A DNA stretch of 49,171 bases from an uncultured Bacteroidales bacterium (GCA_964392505.1 CAYMQP010000003.1:1-49171), one strand, 5' to 3'; positions 1-9,416 are shown, numbered from the stretch's first letter. The notes: generated by a model not told the origin, from the letters alone. A program made the numbers and translations.

Positions 1-237
1 TACCGATGGTATATTCAATCGTGGAATTGCCTGGGTAAAAAATATCCGGTCGCCACCTATTAAGGTTAACTTTTCATCGAATGTCATGAGTGTTAAAATA
101 CTGTCGGCCCATATAGTAGCTTCTTTATAACTAACGGGTGGATGGAATGGCTTTATATTATCAACCGGAGTATCTGATTGACAAGAAAAAAGGTTAAATA
201 AAAAAAAAGCTGCGAATAGTTGAGTAATACCTTTCAT
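1..237 (-). CDS. N-terminal fragment (79 codons, runs off the window) of a lipoprotein resembling GH3 beta-glucosidases
   Basis: Absent from the ORF track because it is open at nt 1. The reverse-strand ATG at 237-235 gives MKGITQLFAAFFLFNLFSCQSD (signal peptide plus lipobox-like Cys). FDEKLTLIGGDRIFFTQAIPRLNIPSV follows and resembles the conserved GH3 N-terminal IPRLGIP region. Confidence 0.5.
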   Translation of the reverse strand, partial: MKGITQLFAAFFLFNLFSCQSDTPVDNIKPFHPPVSYKEATIWADSILTLMTFDEKLTLIGGDRIFFTQAIPRLNIPSV

Positions 238-1068
238 AAATAGTGCTTATCTCGATGAAGCCTACGAAAATAAAAAATTATTTTATGAATGAAAGTTAAT
301 CAAATAGATTCTAATCATATTTGGAGTTTCCTTAAGATTTTCTGGAACTTCCTGAAAAATAGGTGCTTTGGCATACACAAAATGTATTTTTACTATCCTT
401 ATCATATGAGTTATTATATTGGCTATACGGTATATTCAAATGGGTATTAAAAAGTCAATAAAAATCTTGTAATTATTTGCAGCCCAGTCATTTTATCTGG
501 TAATATTTTATATAATATAATTATGTTGGAAGGATTTAATAATAAGTAATAATAACATGTGCTTGGAAAATTTCAATGATATGAAGTTAAGCTGGATTAA
601 CACTTTTTAATATGATGAATATTGATTGATATATCTTATATTATGAAGTTTTCATTTTGCTAAGACTTTATATAGAAAAGTCGTTAAAGATAAAAGAGAT
701 AAAAAACTTAGTTTAATTGTACTGAATTAAATAGAAAATAGTTAATTTGGACTCTAAATAAGGCTAATTTTATTCTAATAGTGGGATAGGAACAAGCTTA
801 CTTGTTAATTGTTAGTTTTCGCAAAGGTTAGATGTAAGCTTCCAATGGTATTTCTTGATTAGTCATTACTGTTAATTGGTTTTCAACGCTAACTTCCAAC
901 GTAGTTAATAAGATTATGCACTTTATAAAAATCAACTTTTTCTGGATAAAGTAAATAGGATTATTTCAGAAATAATAATTGTATACAAACTCAATTTATT
1001 TTAATTAGTTGATGGGTATTATTATAGATACTGACTGATAAAAGTGGAAATAATCAACCGGTATTGAT

Positions 1069-1091
1069 TTATGAAATGCATTATTTCATAA
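1069..1091. promoter_or_regulatory. Palindrome TTATGAAAT-gcatt-ATTTCATAA, 8 nt upstream of the PAS-LuxR start codon; candidate operator or leader hairpin
   Basis: Perfect 9-bp inverted arms with a 5-nt spacer, read directly from the sequence. Its position relative to the ATG at 1099 fits an autoregulatory site. No function has been shown. Confidence 0.3.
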
Positions 1092-1098
1092 CTACATT

Positions 1099-1779
1099 AT
1101 GAAAGAAATTTATAGAGAATATTTTACTACTGTATATTTAAATTATAACAAAACTTCTGACAAGTCTCAATTAACTAGTGGCAATGAAATACCAGAAAAA
1201 AGCCCATTCTTTGTTTTCGATCTGAATTCGGATAAGTGCAAATATTTCAGCTCATCGATTAAGAAAATTACTGGATACAATTTTAATGAATACCTAAATA
1301 AGGGAATAGTGTTTTTTAAAACTTTTATTCATCCTGAGGATTATTCAGATCTTATATGTGAATTGTTAACATACATTTTTATAACCAAAGAGCAAAAACT
1401 ATATGGAATTAAAAATATTCAAATAAAAGACTTGATTTGCAGGATCAGGCATAAGAATGGTTACTATATAGGAACGAGCCTGCATGTTATGTATTTAACT
1501 TCTGCAATTAGTATTAAGTATAATATTTTAATAGGTATTATAGAAGAATTTGAACATCAAAAATATGAGCTGCTGGAATGTAATAATAATATCACTAATC
1601 GAGAAAAAGAGGTATTACAATTAATAGGGAATGGCGATTCATCTAAAATTATAGCTGATAAACTTAATATCAGTGAAACAACAGCGATTACACATCGTAA
1701 AAATCTCATCCAAAAGTTGAACGTAAAAAATACTGCAGAGCTGATTAAAGAAGCCGTTAAAGCAAAAATTATTGAGTAA
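1099..1779 (+). CDS. PAS-like sensor / LuxR(GerE)-family HTH transcriptional regulator
   Basis: The C-terminus ITNREKEVLQLIGNGDSSKIIADKLNISETTAITHRKNLIQKLNVKNTAELI is a canonical LuxR/GerE HTH. The N-terminal FFVFDL...ITGYNFNEYLNKG...FIHPEDYSDL is PAS-like. Confidence 0.8.
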   Translation: MKEIYREYFTTVYLNYNKTSDKSQLTSGNEIPEKSPFFVFDLNSDKCKYFSSSIKKITGYNFNEYLNKGIVFFKTFIHPEDYSDLICELLTYIFITKEQKLYGIKNIQIKDLICRIRHKNGYYIGTSLHVMYLTSAISIKYNILIGIIEEFEHQKYELLECNNNITNREKEVLQLIGNGDSSKIIADKLNISETTAITHRKNLIQKLNVKNTAELIKEAVKAKIIE

Positions 1780-1789
1780 TGCATTTAAA

Positions 1790-1809
1790 AATCCTCATAA
1801 ATGAGGATT
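1790..1809 (+). terminator. Weak stem-loop after the regulator gene (AATCCTC-ataaat-GAGGATT)
   Basis: 7-bp inverted repeat 11 nt after the stop codon. No U-tract follows, so termination is only plausible. Confidence 0.3.
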
Positions 1810-2066
1810 GAAATCCCACAATATTTATTAGAAATTGTCAATTGTTAGATCCTGCCTATAAGCTTTATCTTATTTGATCCTATGGGACTGACGGGGCGGA
1901 GCTGTAAGTAATTGATACTTTTTAACTAATTTTTTTCTCATATTTCTTTTTCAAATTGAGGTTGTCGTTTAATCTCCAACCTAGTTTATTCTTCTTAATA
2001 TTATTCAAAGAACCAAATATTACAAAAATTTATCATTGAATAAAATAATAGTAATAACAATAAAAT

Positions 2067-2072
2067 AGGAGG
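2067..2072 (+). promoter_or_regulatory. Perfect Shine-Dalgarno AGGAGG, 5 nt upstream of the sheath ATG
   Basis: aaaatAGGAGGtaattATG read directly. I saw no comparable SD before any other eCIS gene in the locus. Confidence 0.5.
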
Positions 2073-2077
2073 TAATT

Positions 2078-3652
2078 ATGCCAACACAACCAACTTATCC
2101 GGGTGTTTATATTGAAGAAATACCCAGCAGCGTACGTACCATTACAGGTGTCGCTACATCTATAACTGCTTTTATCGGACGAACATTACGAGGTCCGGTA
2201 AATAAACCTACATTAATCACCAGTTTTAGCAATTTCGAACGCCTGTTTGGTGGGCTCTGGACAAAAAGTATGATGTCTTATGCTGTAAAAGATTTCTATT
2301 TAAATGGTGGTAGTTCAGCAATAATAGTTCGTATTGAAAATGGTGCAAGTGCTGCAACCATATCATTGCCCACAATAGGGAGTCCCCTTGGTACTTTAAA
2401 CCTGGTCGCATCTAGCGCCGGTAGTTGGGGAAGCAAATTAAAAGTGCTTGTTAATCATGATACAAAAGATACGAGTGATACAAATCTTTTTAACATGATT
2501 ATTTACGAAGATATCGAAGGAGGATTAAAAGAAAGTTTTTTAAATGTTTCTGTCAGTGAAGACGATCCGCGCTATTTACCACGCGTTTTGAAACAAAGTT
2601 CATTGCTGGTAAGCGTAAGCGGCAGTATGCCTCAAAATCGTCCCGCCGAAACGGAAGCACCTGGCTCTCCTCCTTCCAGTTCATCAATAGATACGCCGGT
2701 TTCATCTGTCGGAGGAAGTGACGGAATCGATCTAACCAGCATAGAATATTTGGGAAGCGAAAGTGCAAAAACAGGAATATATGCTTTAAAGAAGGCCGAC
2801 CTGTTTAATTTATTATGTATTCCCCCGGCAACCCGAGATGGTAATACCGATAATTCAGTTTATCAAGCAGCAATGAAACTTTGCGCTGATGAAAGGGCTA
2901 TGTTAATTGTTGATTCACCGGCCGCATGGGGAGCATCTTCAGCTACAGCAGCATCCAATGCCAAGGCTGGATTAAGTACTTTGGGATTATCTGGTAATTA
3001 TGCAAGAAATGCAGCATTATACTTTCCGAGAGTTCTTATATCTGATCCTGAACGGGACAATCAGACGGAAACATTTGTACCATGTGGGATAGTTGCAGGA
3101 GTTATGTCAAGAACCGATAGAAACAGAGGCGTATGGAAAACACCGGCAGGCATGGATGCAGCATTAAATGGAATCCAGGGCTTACAGGTAAATCTTAATG
3201 ATGAAGAAAATGGCCGGCTAAATCCCCTTGGCATCAATTGTCTGAGGTCGTTTCCAATAACAGGCCTTGTAATATGGGGTGGCAGAACATTAAGAGGAGC
3301 CGATCAGTTAGCTGACGAATACAAATATGTTTCAGTTCGCCGAATGGCTCTCTTTATTGAAGAAAGTTTATACAGAGGTACTCAGTGGGCTGTTTTTGAA
3401 CCCAATGATGAGCCTCTATGGGCACAATTAAGGCTTAATGTAGGTGCATTCATGCATAACTTGTTCAGGCAGGGAGCATTTCAGGGATCAAGCCCGAAAG
3501 ATGCTTACCTGGTTAAATGTGATAGTGAAACCACTACACAAAATGATATTAACTTAGGAAAAGTTAACATACTGGTTGGTTTCGCACCTCTAAAACCGGC
3601 CGAATTCGTCTTTATTAAAATTCAACAACTTACAGGTAAAATAGAATCATAA
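2078..3652 (+). CDS. Contractile tail sheath protein (Afp2-4/Pvc2-4-like; the only sheath gene here)
   Basis: The N-terminus PTYPGVYIEEIPSSVRTITGVATSITAFIGRTLRGPVNKPTLITSFSNFERLFGG is the hallmark start of the phage tail sheath family. The C-terminal GINCLRSFP..G.VIWGGRTL block also fits, as does the position directly before the tube gene. Confidence 0.9.
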   Translation: MPTQPTYPGVYIEEIPSSVRTITGVATSITAFIGRTLRGPVNKPTLITSFSNFERLFGGLWTKSMMSYAVKDFYLNGGSSAIIVRIENGASAATISLPTIGSPLGTLNLVASSAGSWGSKLKVLVNHDTKDTSDTNLFNMIIYEDIEGGLKESFLNVSVSEDDPRYLPRVLKQSSLLVSVSGSMPQNRPAETEAPGSPPSSSSIDTPVSSVGGSDGIDLTSIEYLGSESAKTGIYALKKADLFNLLCIPPATRDGNTDNSVYQAAMKLCADERAMLIVDSPAAWGASSATAASNAKAGLSTLGLSGNYARNAALYFPRVLISDPERDNQTETFVPCGIVAGVMSRTDRNRGVWKTPAGMDAALNGIQGLQVNLNDEENGRLNPLGINCLRSFPITGLVIWGGRTLRGADQLADEYKYVSVRRMALFIEESLYRGTQWAVFEPNDEPLWAQLRLNVGAFMHNLFRQGAFQGSSPKDAYLVKCDSETTTQNDINLGKVNILVGFAPLKPAEFVFIKIQQLTGKIES

Positions 3653-3663
3653 ATTATAAAAAT

Positions 3664-4191
3664 ATGGCACAATTCACAGTAAATGCACAACGTTTTGACC
3701 CATATAAAAATTATAAATTCCGTATAAAATGGGATGGTAAATATGTGGCAGGAGTAAGTAAAATAGGAACACTTAAAAGATCTACCGAGGCGGTCGAGCA
3801 TCGTGAAGGTGGTGATCCGAGCACAGTACGTAAAAGTCCCGGACAAACAAAATACGAACCTATTACCCTTGAGCGTGGTGTAACGCATGACACCGAATTC
3901 GAAAAATGGGCCAACAAGGTTTGGAATTTTGGAAGTGGTCTTGGTTCGGAAGTTTCGTTAAAAGATTTTCGAAAAGACATTATCATTGAAATGTACAACG
4001 AAGCCGGTCAAAAAGCTATTGCTTACAAGGTCTATCGTTGCTGGGTTTCAGAATTTCAGGCATTACCGGAACTCGATGCTAGCGGAAATGCAGTAGCTAT
4101 AGAAACCCTTACCCTTCAGAATGAAGGATGGGAACGCGACTATGAAGTAACTGAACCTACCGAAGCTTCGTTCACTGAACCTGCCGATTAA
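3664..4191 (+). CDS. Inner tube protein (T4 gp19 / Afp1 / Pvc1-like)
   Basis: YKFRIKWDGKYVAGVSKIGTLKRSTEAVEHREGGDPSTVRKSPGQTKYEPITLERGVTHDTEFEKWA matches the conserved phage-tail-region tube pattern. It lies immediately after the sheath gene. Confidence 0.85.
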   Translation: MAQFTVNAQRFDPYKNYKFRIKWDGKYVAGVSKIGTLKRSTEAVEHREGGDPSTVRKSPGQTKYEPITLERGVTHDTEFEKWANKVWNFGSGLGSEVSLKDFRKDIIIEMYNEAGQKAIAYKVYRCWVSEFQALPELDASGNAVAIETLTLQNEGWERDYEVTEPTEASFTEPAD

Positions 4192-4253
4192 TTAGATTTC
4201 GATAATCAAGGTAAGATTTCGAATTCATTACTCATCTTTAAGAAATCTGATAG

Positions 4254-4994
4254 GTGTTAAAATTATCACAGGCTCAGTTATTGGATTTATGGGAAATTGG
4301 ACAAGTCCAGTCTCCCCTTCAGTTTTCTATGAATTTACTGTGTGAGGCATTACCCTCTCTTAATCTTGCACAGGCAGCATTGTTACCTGTTGGAAAACGC
4401 GATAGTATTTTATTAAAACTTCGGGAATCGATTTTTGGCCCGTATTTTTCTAATTTGGCTATCTGCCCATCCTGTGAAGAAAAAGTAGAATGGGAAATGA
4501 ATATCGATAATTTTATGCTTCCGGAATTATCCGAACTGATACTTAAAAAAACTTATGAATTAAAAAAAGGCAGTTATTTCATTACTTTTCGATTACCAAA
4601 TACACGTGATATAATTAATGCATCATCAGCAAATAATAAAAAAGATGTATATAGGTATATACTATCCGAATGTATTCATGATATTAAATATAAAAGAAAA
4701 TCTCTTGAAATTGAAAAATTGCCGGAAGAAGTTGTCAATTCAATATCAGAACAAATGAATATAGAGGATAAACATGCTGATATACAAATATCTTTAACTT
4801 GTCCGCATTGTTTATACATATGGAATATTACGTTTGATATTATCAGTTATTTATGGGATGAAACAAATGCGTGGGCCTATCATGTTTTAAGAGAAATTGG
4901 CATAATTGCTACAAATTTTGGATGGAGTGAGGAAGAGATTTTAAATTTATCGTCGATTCGCCGGCAAACATATCTTGAAATTTTAGAAGCATGA
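4254..4994 (+). CDS. eCIS accessory protein with a split CxxC...CxxC zinc-ribbon; function unknown (possible assembly factor)
   Basis: GTG start. Contains ICPSCEE and LTCPHCLY. Its stop overlaps the next start as ATGA. Placed between the tube and the putative tape measure. Confidence 0.6.
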   Translation: MLKLSQAQLLDLWEIGQVQSPLQFSMNLLCEALPSLNLAQAALLPVGKRDSILLKLRESIFGPYFSNLAICPSCEEKVEWEMNIDNFMLPELSELILKKTYELKKGSYFITFRLPNTRDIINASSANNKKDVYRYILSECIHDIKYKRKSLEIEKLPEEVVNSISEQMNIEDKHADIQISLTCPHCLYIWNITFDIISYLWDETNAWAYHVLREIGIIATNFGWSEEEILNLSSIRRQTYLEILEA

Positions 4995-6058
4995 GTAATT
5001 ATATTCAAAATATAATAATGCGGTATAAAGGGGAAAGTAATGTTGTAAAACCCAGAATTAATGGAATCTTTGAAAATCAGGTTAATTTTCCTTCTAATCG
5101 TTCAATAATAAAAAATGAAACAAATATTAATGAATATGCAAATAACAATAGTTTAGACGGATGGCAACATAAGTATTCAAATTCCAAAATATCAAATGAT
5201 AATTTTATTGATGAGAAAAAGAAAGACATAATTAACCAAAAAGATGAAATAAATCAGAAAGAAAATGATAAATCCCAGTTAACAGAAAAAAAGTATATAA
5301 ATGAGCAAAGTTTGAAGAAAAACATAGATTTACCTTCAGTTAATAATGATAAAAAGTTAAAATTAAAAAGGGAATCTCATAAAGATAAAAAAATTGATGT
5401 TAAACAAGAAAAGGAGATCGAATTTAATAATTATGTAACTGAAGAAATACAAGAACCATTTAATGCATCATCTGAACATCAATTTAAAAATTCAGATAAG
5501 TCCTTTATTATTAACGGAAGCAATATTAAAATAAACACAGATTCTGATATTTTAAGAAAGAAGACCGATGATAATCTTATACCGAAAACAATAAGCAAAT
5601 CTGATCTTAAAGAAAAAGACCGGGTAAAAAAGATTTCTAATTCTGATTTATCAGCAGAAAAAAAAGTCTTTCCGTCTTCCGTTCATCAAATCAAAATTCC
5701 TGAAAAAAATAAAACATTTCTTAAAATCAGGAGACCTTTCAAAAAAAAAGAAAATTATTTAAACGAAACAAATAAAAACCAAGGGATACACTCTCAGGAT
5801 AATAGTGTGACCGATTCGGATCAGAACTTTAAAAAAACAGAGATATCAACATTAGATTTATCCTCTGATTTGTCTGACATTAATCCTCTAAAAATTCCGA
5901 AAAAAAAAGTCAATACAGGAGACCATCAGATTATCAGGATAAACATTGGGAGAATTGAAATTAAAGCGGTTTCATCTGAAAAACAAATTGTAAACAAACC
6001 AGCTAAAGAATATCACCCGAAAATCTCCCTCAGTGATTACCTTGAAAATAGTAAATAA
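4991..6058 (+). CDS. Lys/Asn/Ser-rich low-complexity protein; putative tape measure (Afp14/Pvc14-like by position)
   Basis: 355 aa, strongly biased and probably disordered or helical. The only ordered-looking segment is the C-terminal HQIIRINIGRIEIKAV. Translationally coupled on both sides. The role is inferred from position only. Confidence 0.45.
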   Translation: MSNYIQNIIMRYKGESNVVKPRINGIFENQVNFPSNRSIIKNETNINEYANNNSLDGWQHKYSNSKISNDNFIDEKKKDIINQKDEINQKENDKSQLTEKKYINEQSLKKNIDLPSVNNDKKLKLKRESHKDKKIDVKQEKEIEFNNYVTEEIQEPFNASSEHQFKNSDKSFIINGSNIKINTDSDILRKKTDDNLIPKTISKSDLKEKDRVKKISNSDLSAEKKVFPSSVHQIKIPEKNKTFLKIRRPFKKKENYLNETNKNQGIHSQDNSVTDSDQNFKKTEISTLDLSSDLSDINPLKIPKKKVNTGDHQIIRINIGRIEIKAVSSEKQIVNKPAKEYHPKISLSDYLENSK

Positions 6059-6069
6059 TAAATTTTAGA

Positions 6070-7419
6070 ATGAGCACTGCACTTGCTATTGCATCTGTAA
6101 CCCACGTATTAAAAGATCTGTTAAACAATGGCCTAATTGATCAAAATGTATCAGGTGCAACAGGTGGAAATGTTAATGTAACCGCCCTTGCACCGGATCG
6201 TATTGATGTATCAGCCACTGGTCAAAGTCAGCTCAATCTTTTTATGTACCGTGTAAGTCCCAATTTAGGTTGGAATAATACAGAACTTCCCTCCCGCAAT
6301 GCTCAAGGCCAGAGATTAAGTAATCCTCCTTTAGCTCTGAATCTTCATTATTTGCTTACAGCATACGGTGCAAGCGAATTACATGCAGAAATTCTTCTGG
6401 GATATGGCATGCAATTGTTCCATGAAACACCTATACTGGATCGTGAAGCAATACGTTTTTCATTACTTCCGGCAAGTGCCGGATCTGCCGGAGGATTACC
6501 AAATGATTTGCAAGCACTGGCATCTTCCAATCTGGCCAATCAGTCCGAATTAATAAAAATTACACCGGAACAAATAAACACTGAAGAGATATCAAAACTT
6601 TGGGCTGCATTTCAGGCTAAGTATCGTCCCACAGCAGCTTATATAGTTACCGTGGTTTTAATCGAAAATGAATTATCAACCAAAGCATCATTGCCGGTTG
6701 CCGGAGAAGATAGTACCGGAAATGATGGCCGGAAAATTCATTCCTTTCCTTATAACCAAATTATAATTGAAAATTTACTATCCCGACAAGATCCAACCAG
6801 CCCCATTCTTAAAAACCAAAAGATCTTAAGCGGATACCAGGTGGTTGTCAAAGGAAAAAATCTGTATTCCAATAATGTTGAAGTTACATTAAATGATATT
6901 CCGGTACAAATATTGGATATTATTGAATATGAAGAAATAATTTTTACTATACCAAGCAACATATCAGCAGGTATTCAGGCTTTACAAATAGCACATAAAA
7001 CCTTAATAGGAAGTCCACCCCAATTGCTTCGATCAGCAGAATCAAATATTGAACCTTTTGTACTTTGTCCAAATATAATATCTGCTTCTGTTCTGAATCC
7101 TCACGTAAATAATAATTTAAGATCAGGGAATATTCAAATCCAGGTTAATCCGGCAATTGGTGAAAAGCAAAAAGTAATATTATTTTTAAATGAGTATAAT
7201 CCTGCGGCGGGAGCTGACCAGTTACGTGCTTATAGTTTCAATGCTCCATTGGTATCTCCTTTAAGCCCGCCGGTTTCATCCAACATCATTACAATTCCTT
7301 TTAAAGACGTAAGAGCTGGCACTTACATCTTAAGATTGCGCGTTGATGGTGCAGAAAGTCCTCTTGGAGCCCGCGATGCAACAGGATATTACTTCGAACC
7401 CAACATAACCATCAATTGA
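6070..7419 (+). CDS. DUF4255 (Pvc16/Afp16 N-terminal domain) tail cap/terminator protein with a C-terminal Ig-like (IPT/TIG-like) extension
   Basis: The N-terminus MSTALAIASVTHVLKDLLNNGL...QLNLFMYRVSPNLGWNN...PPLALNLHYLLTAYG is typical of DUF4255. The C-terminal half (YQVVVKGKNLYSNNVEVTLNDIPVQILDI...) looks like a beta-sandwich. Confidence 0.8.
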   Translation: MSTALAIASVTHVLKDLLNNGLIDQNVSGATGGNVNVTALAPDRIDVSATGQSQLNLFMYRVSPNLGWNNTELPSRNAQGQRLSNPPLALNLHYLLTAYGASELHAEILLGYGMQLFHETPILDREAIRFSLLPASAGSAGGLPNDLQALASSNLANQSELIKITPEQINTEEISKLWAAFQAKYRPTAAYIVTVVLIENELSTKASLPVAGEDSTGNDGRKIHSFPYNQIIIENLLSRQDPTSPILKNQKILSGYQVVVKGKNLYSNNVEVTLNDIPVQILDIIEYEEIIFTIPSNISAGIQALQIAHKTLIGSPPQLLRSAESNIEPFVLCPNIISASVLNPHVNNNLRSGNIQIQVNPAIGEKQKVILFLNEYNPAAGADQLRAYSFNAPLVSPLSPPVSSNIITIPFKDVRAGTYILRLRVDGAESPLGARDATGYYFEPNITIN

Positions 7420-9416
7420 GTAAGAAAAATCTGATAAATTGGTACGAGGCAAACCAGCAATACTTGATGGCAGCGATAAAAACTGTCAGGGTTGAGTTGG
7501 AAAGGTATAAAAATTCTTGTAATAAAATTAACAATTTTAATTACGACGAATATTCTGCCCAAGCTTGGAAAGAATTAAATATGGCTAATAAAAAAATGCC
7601 TGCACCGGCTGCACTCGATATATTATGCTCTACTTTCGGTCTCTCCTCTTTTGAAAGAAATTTACTGTTATTGGCCACCGGTATCGAACTGGACTCTGAA
7701 TTTGAAACGCTGGTTTCATCCATTCAGGGAGAAAAAAATTACTTTAATCCAACGTTCAGTCTCGCTCTTGCTGCTTTACCAGAAGCTCATTGGAATGCTA
7801 TCACGCCAAACTCACCGTTGCGTTATTGGCGTTTAATTGAAGTGATTCATAAGCAATCCATTACTAAAAGTACATTCAGTATTGATGAACAAATACTAAA
7901 CTACATTGTTGGTTTGCCACAAATCAACGAAACATTATCAGGTATTACAGATATTTATCTTAAACAAATTGAACCGGTACCATCGCAAAATGAACTGGCT
8001 AATCATATATTAAATATATTGTCCGGATCAGATAATAATAATTTTTTACCGGTTATTCAGCTCTCAGGTAATGATTTGCATGATAAACTGCACATTGCTT
8101 CAAAAGTATGCAGGGTTTCAGAATTGTTACTTTACACAATGTCTGTATATTCAATTCCTGATACTATAAAAGATATAACAGAATTAACCAGATTGTGGAA
8201 CCGTGAGGCATACCTGGGATCAACCGCACTGTTTCTGGAATGTAGTGATGTTGATACAAATGACAATACCCGGTTGCAAAAGATAATTAAATTTTGTCAA
8301 AATATAAATGGATTACTATTTTTAGGATGTCAGCACTGGTCCCCTGTTCTGAACAGGCAAAAATATGTTTTTAATGTAAACAAACCTACCACAGAAGAAC
8401 AATTCATACTCTGGCAGCAGCAACTGGGAATAGATGCAGTTAAACTAGATGGTGAACTCTCCAGGATTGTATCGCAGTTTAATTTAAGCACACAAAGTAT
8501 ATACGAAACAACCGATATAATTAGAAAAAACAAAAAACTTAATCTTTCAAAGGACAAAAATCTGGAACAAATTATCTGGAAGGAATGCTGCAAACAATGC
8601 CGGCCTCGTCTCGATGATCTGGCACAACGCATTGAACCGGCAGCAGATTGGGAGGATATTGTGCTTCCTGAATTTCAGAAACAAACACTTCTCGAAATTA
8701 CATTCCACGTTAAACAACGAATTAAAGTCTATGAAGAATGGGGATTTGCAAATAAGAATACAAGGGGTCTCGGTATCAGCGTGTTGTTTACTGGTGAAAG
8801 CGGAACAGGTAAAACCATGGCCTCTGAAATTCTGGCAAAGGAACTGCAGCTTGACCTGTACAGGATAGATTTAAGTCAGGTTGTAAATAAATATATAGGT
8901 GAAACCGAGAAAAATCTGAAAAAAGTATTCGATGCTGCTGAAGCAGGCGGAGCCGTGCTTCTCTTTGATGAAGCCGATGCCCTGTTCGGTAAAAGAAGTG
9001 AGGTAAAGGACAGTCACGACAGGTATGCAAATATTGAAGTAAGTTACCTTTTGCAGAGAATGGAGGCTTACCGTGGACTGGCAATTCTGACAACTAACCT
9101 GAAATCTGCAATGGATAAGGCTTTTTTAAGAAGAATACGTTTTATAGTACAGTTTCCTTTCCCCGATGAAGAACAAAGGGGTGAAATATGGCGCAAAATG
9201 TTTCCTCCGGCCGCTCCTATTGAAAATATTGATGTTAAAAAACTGGCAAAACTGAATATAACCGGAGGTAATATCCGGAATATTGCGTTAAATGCCGCAT
9301 TCATAGCAGCTGAAACCAATAGCGCCATAAAAATGGAACACATTGAAAGAGCGTCCCGATATGAATATACAAAGCTCGAGAAACCTATGAGTACCATTGA
9401 AAACAGTACCTGGTAA
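7416..9416 (+). CDS. AAA+ ATPase (Afp15/Pvc15-like)
   Basis: Walker A GESGTGKT, Walker B VLLFDEADALFGKR, and ILTTN (sensor-1 region) in the C-terminal third, with a long non-ATPase N-terminal region as in eCIS ATPases. The TTG start overlaps the upstream stop (TTGA). An alternative ATG lies at 7464. Confidence 0.9.
   Translation: MSKKNLINWYEANQQYLMAAIKTVRVELERYKNSCNKINNFNYDEYSAQAWKELNMANKKMPAPAALDILCSTFGLSSFERNLLLLATGIELDSEFETLVSSIQGEKNYFNPTFSLALAALPEAHWNAITPNSPLRYWRLIEVIHKQSITKSTFSIDEQILNYIVGLPQINETLSGITDIYLKQIEPVPSQNELANHILNILSGSDNNNFLPVIQLSGNDLHDKLHIASKVCRVSELLLYTMSVYSIPDTIKDITELTRLWNREAYLGSTALFLECSDVDTNDNTRLQKIIKFCQNINGLLFLGCQHWSPVLNRQKYVFNVNKPTTEEQFILWQQQLGIDAVKLDGELSRIVSQFNLSTQSIYETTDIIRKNKKLNLSKDKNLEQIIWKECCKQCRPRLDDLAQRIEPAADWEDIVLPEFQKQTLLEITFHVKQRIKVYEEWGFANKNTRGLGISVLFTGESGTGKTMASEILAKELQLDLYRIDLSQVVNKYIGETEKNLKKVFDAAEAGGAVLLFDEADALFGKRSEVKDSHDRYANIEVSYLLQRMEAYRGLAILTTNLKSAMDKAFLRRIRFIVQFPFPDEEQRGEIWRKMFPPAAPIENIDVKKLAKLNITGGNIRNIALNAAFIAAETNSAIKMEHIERASRYEYTKLEKPMSTIENSTW

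Noticed and set aside
256-270. tgaagcctacgaaaa as a possible attL-type copy of the tRNA 3' segment tgaacctacgacc (37720-37732 region)
   Set aside because: It is only about 11 matching bases with an indel, lies just upstream of the GH3-like gene start (235-237), and no integrase is present. This is too weak to call a direct repeat.
1557-1784. 75-aa minus-strand ORF overlapping the 3' end of the LuxR gene
   Set aside because: It is antisense to a clear HTH-coding region. Its hydrophobic, low-complexity product is typical of antisense translation of AT-rich DNA.
2226-3998. Minus-strand ORFs within the sheath and tube genes (2226-2411, 2553-2768, 3622-3888, 3711-3998)
   Set aside because: All are embedded antisense in strongly supported structural genes and show no recognisable features.
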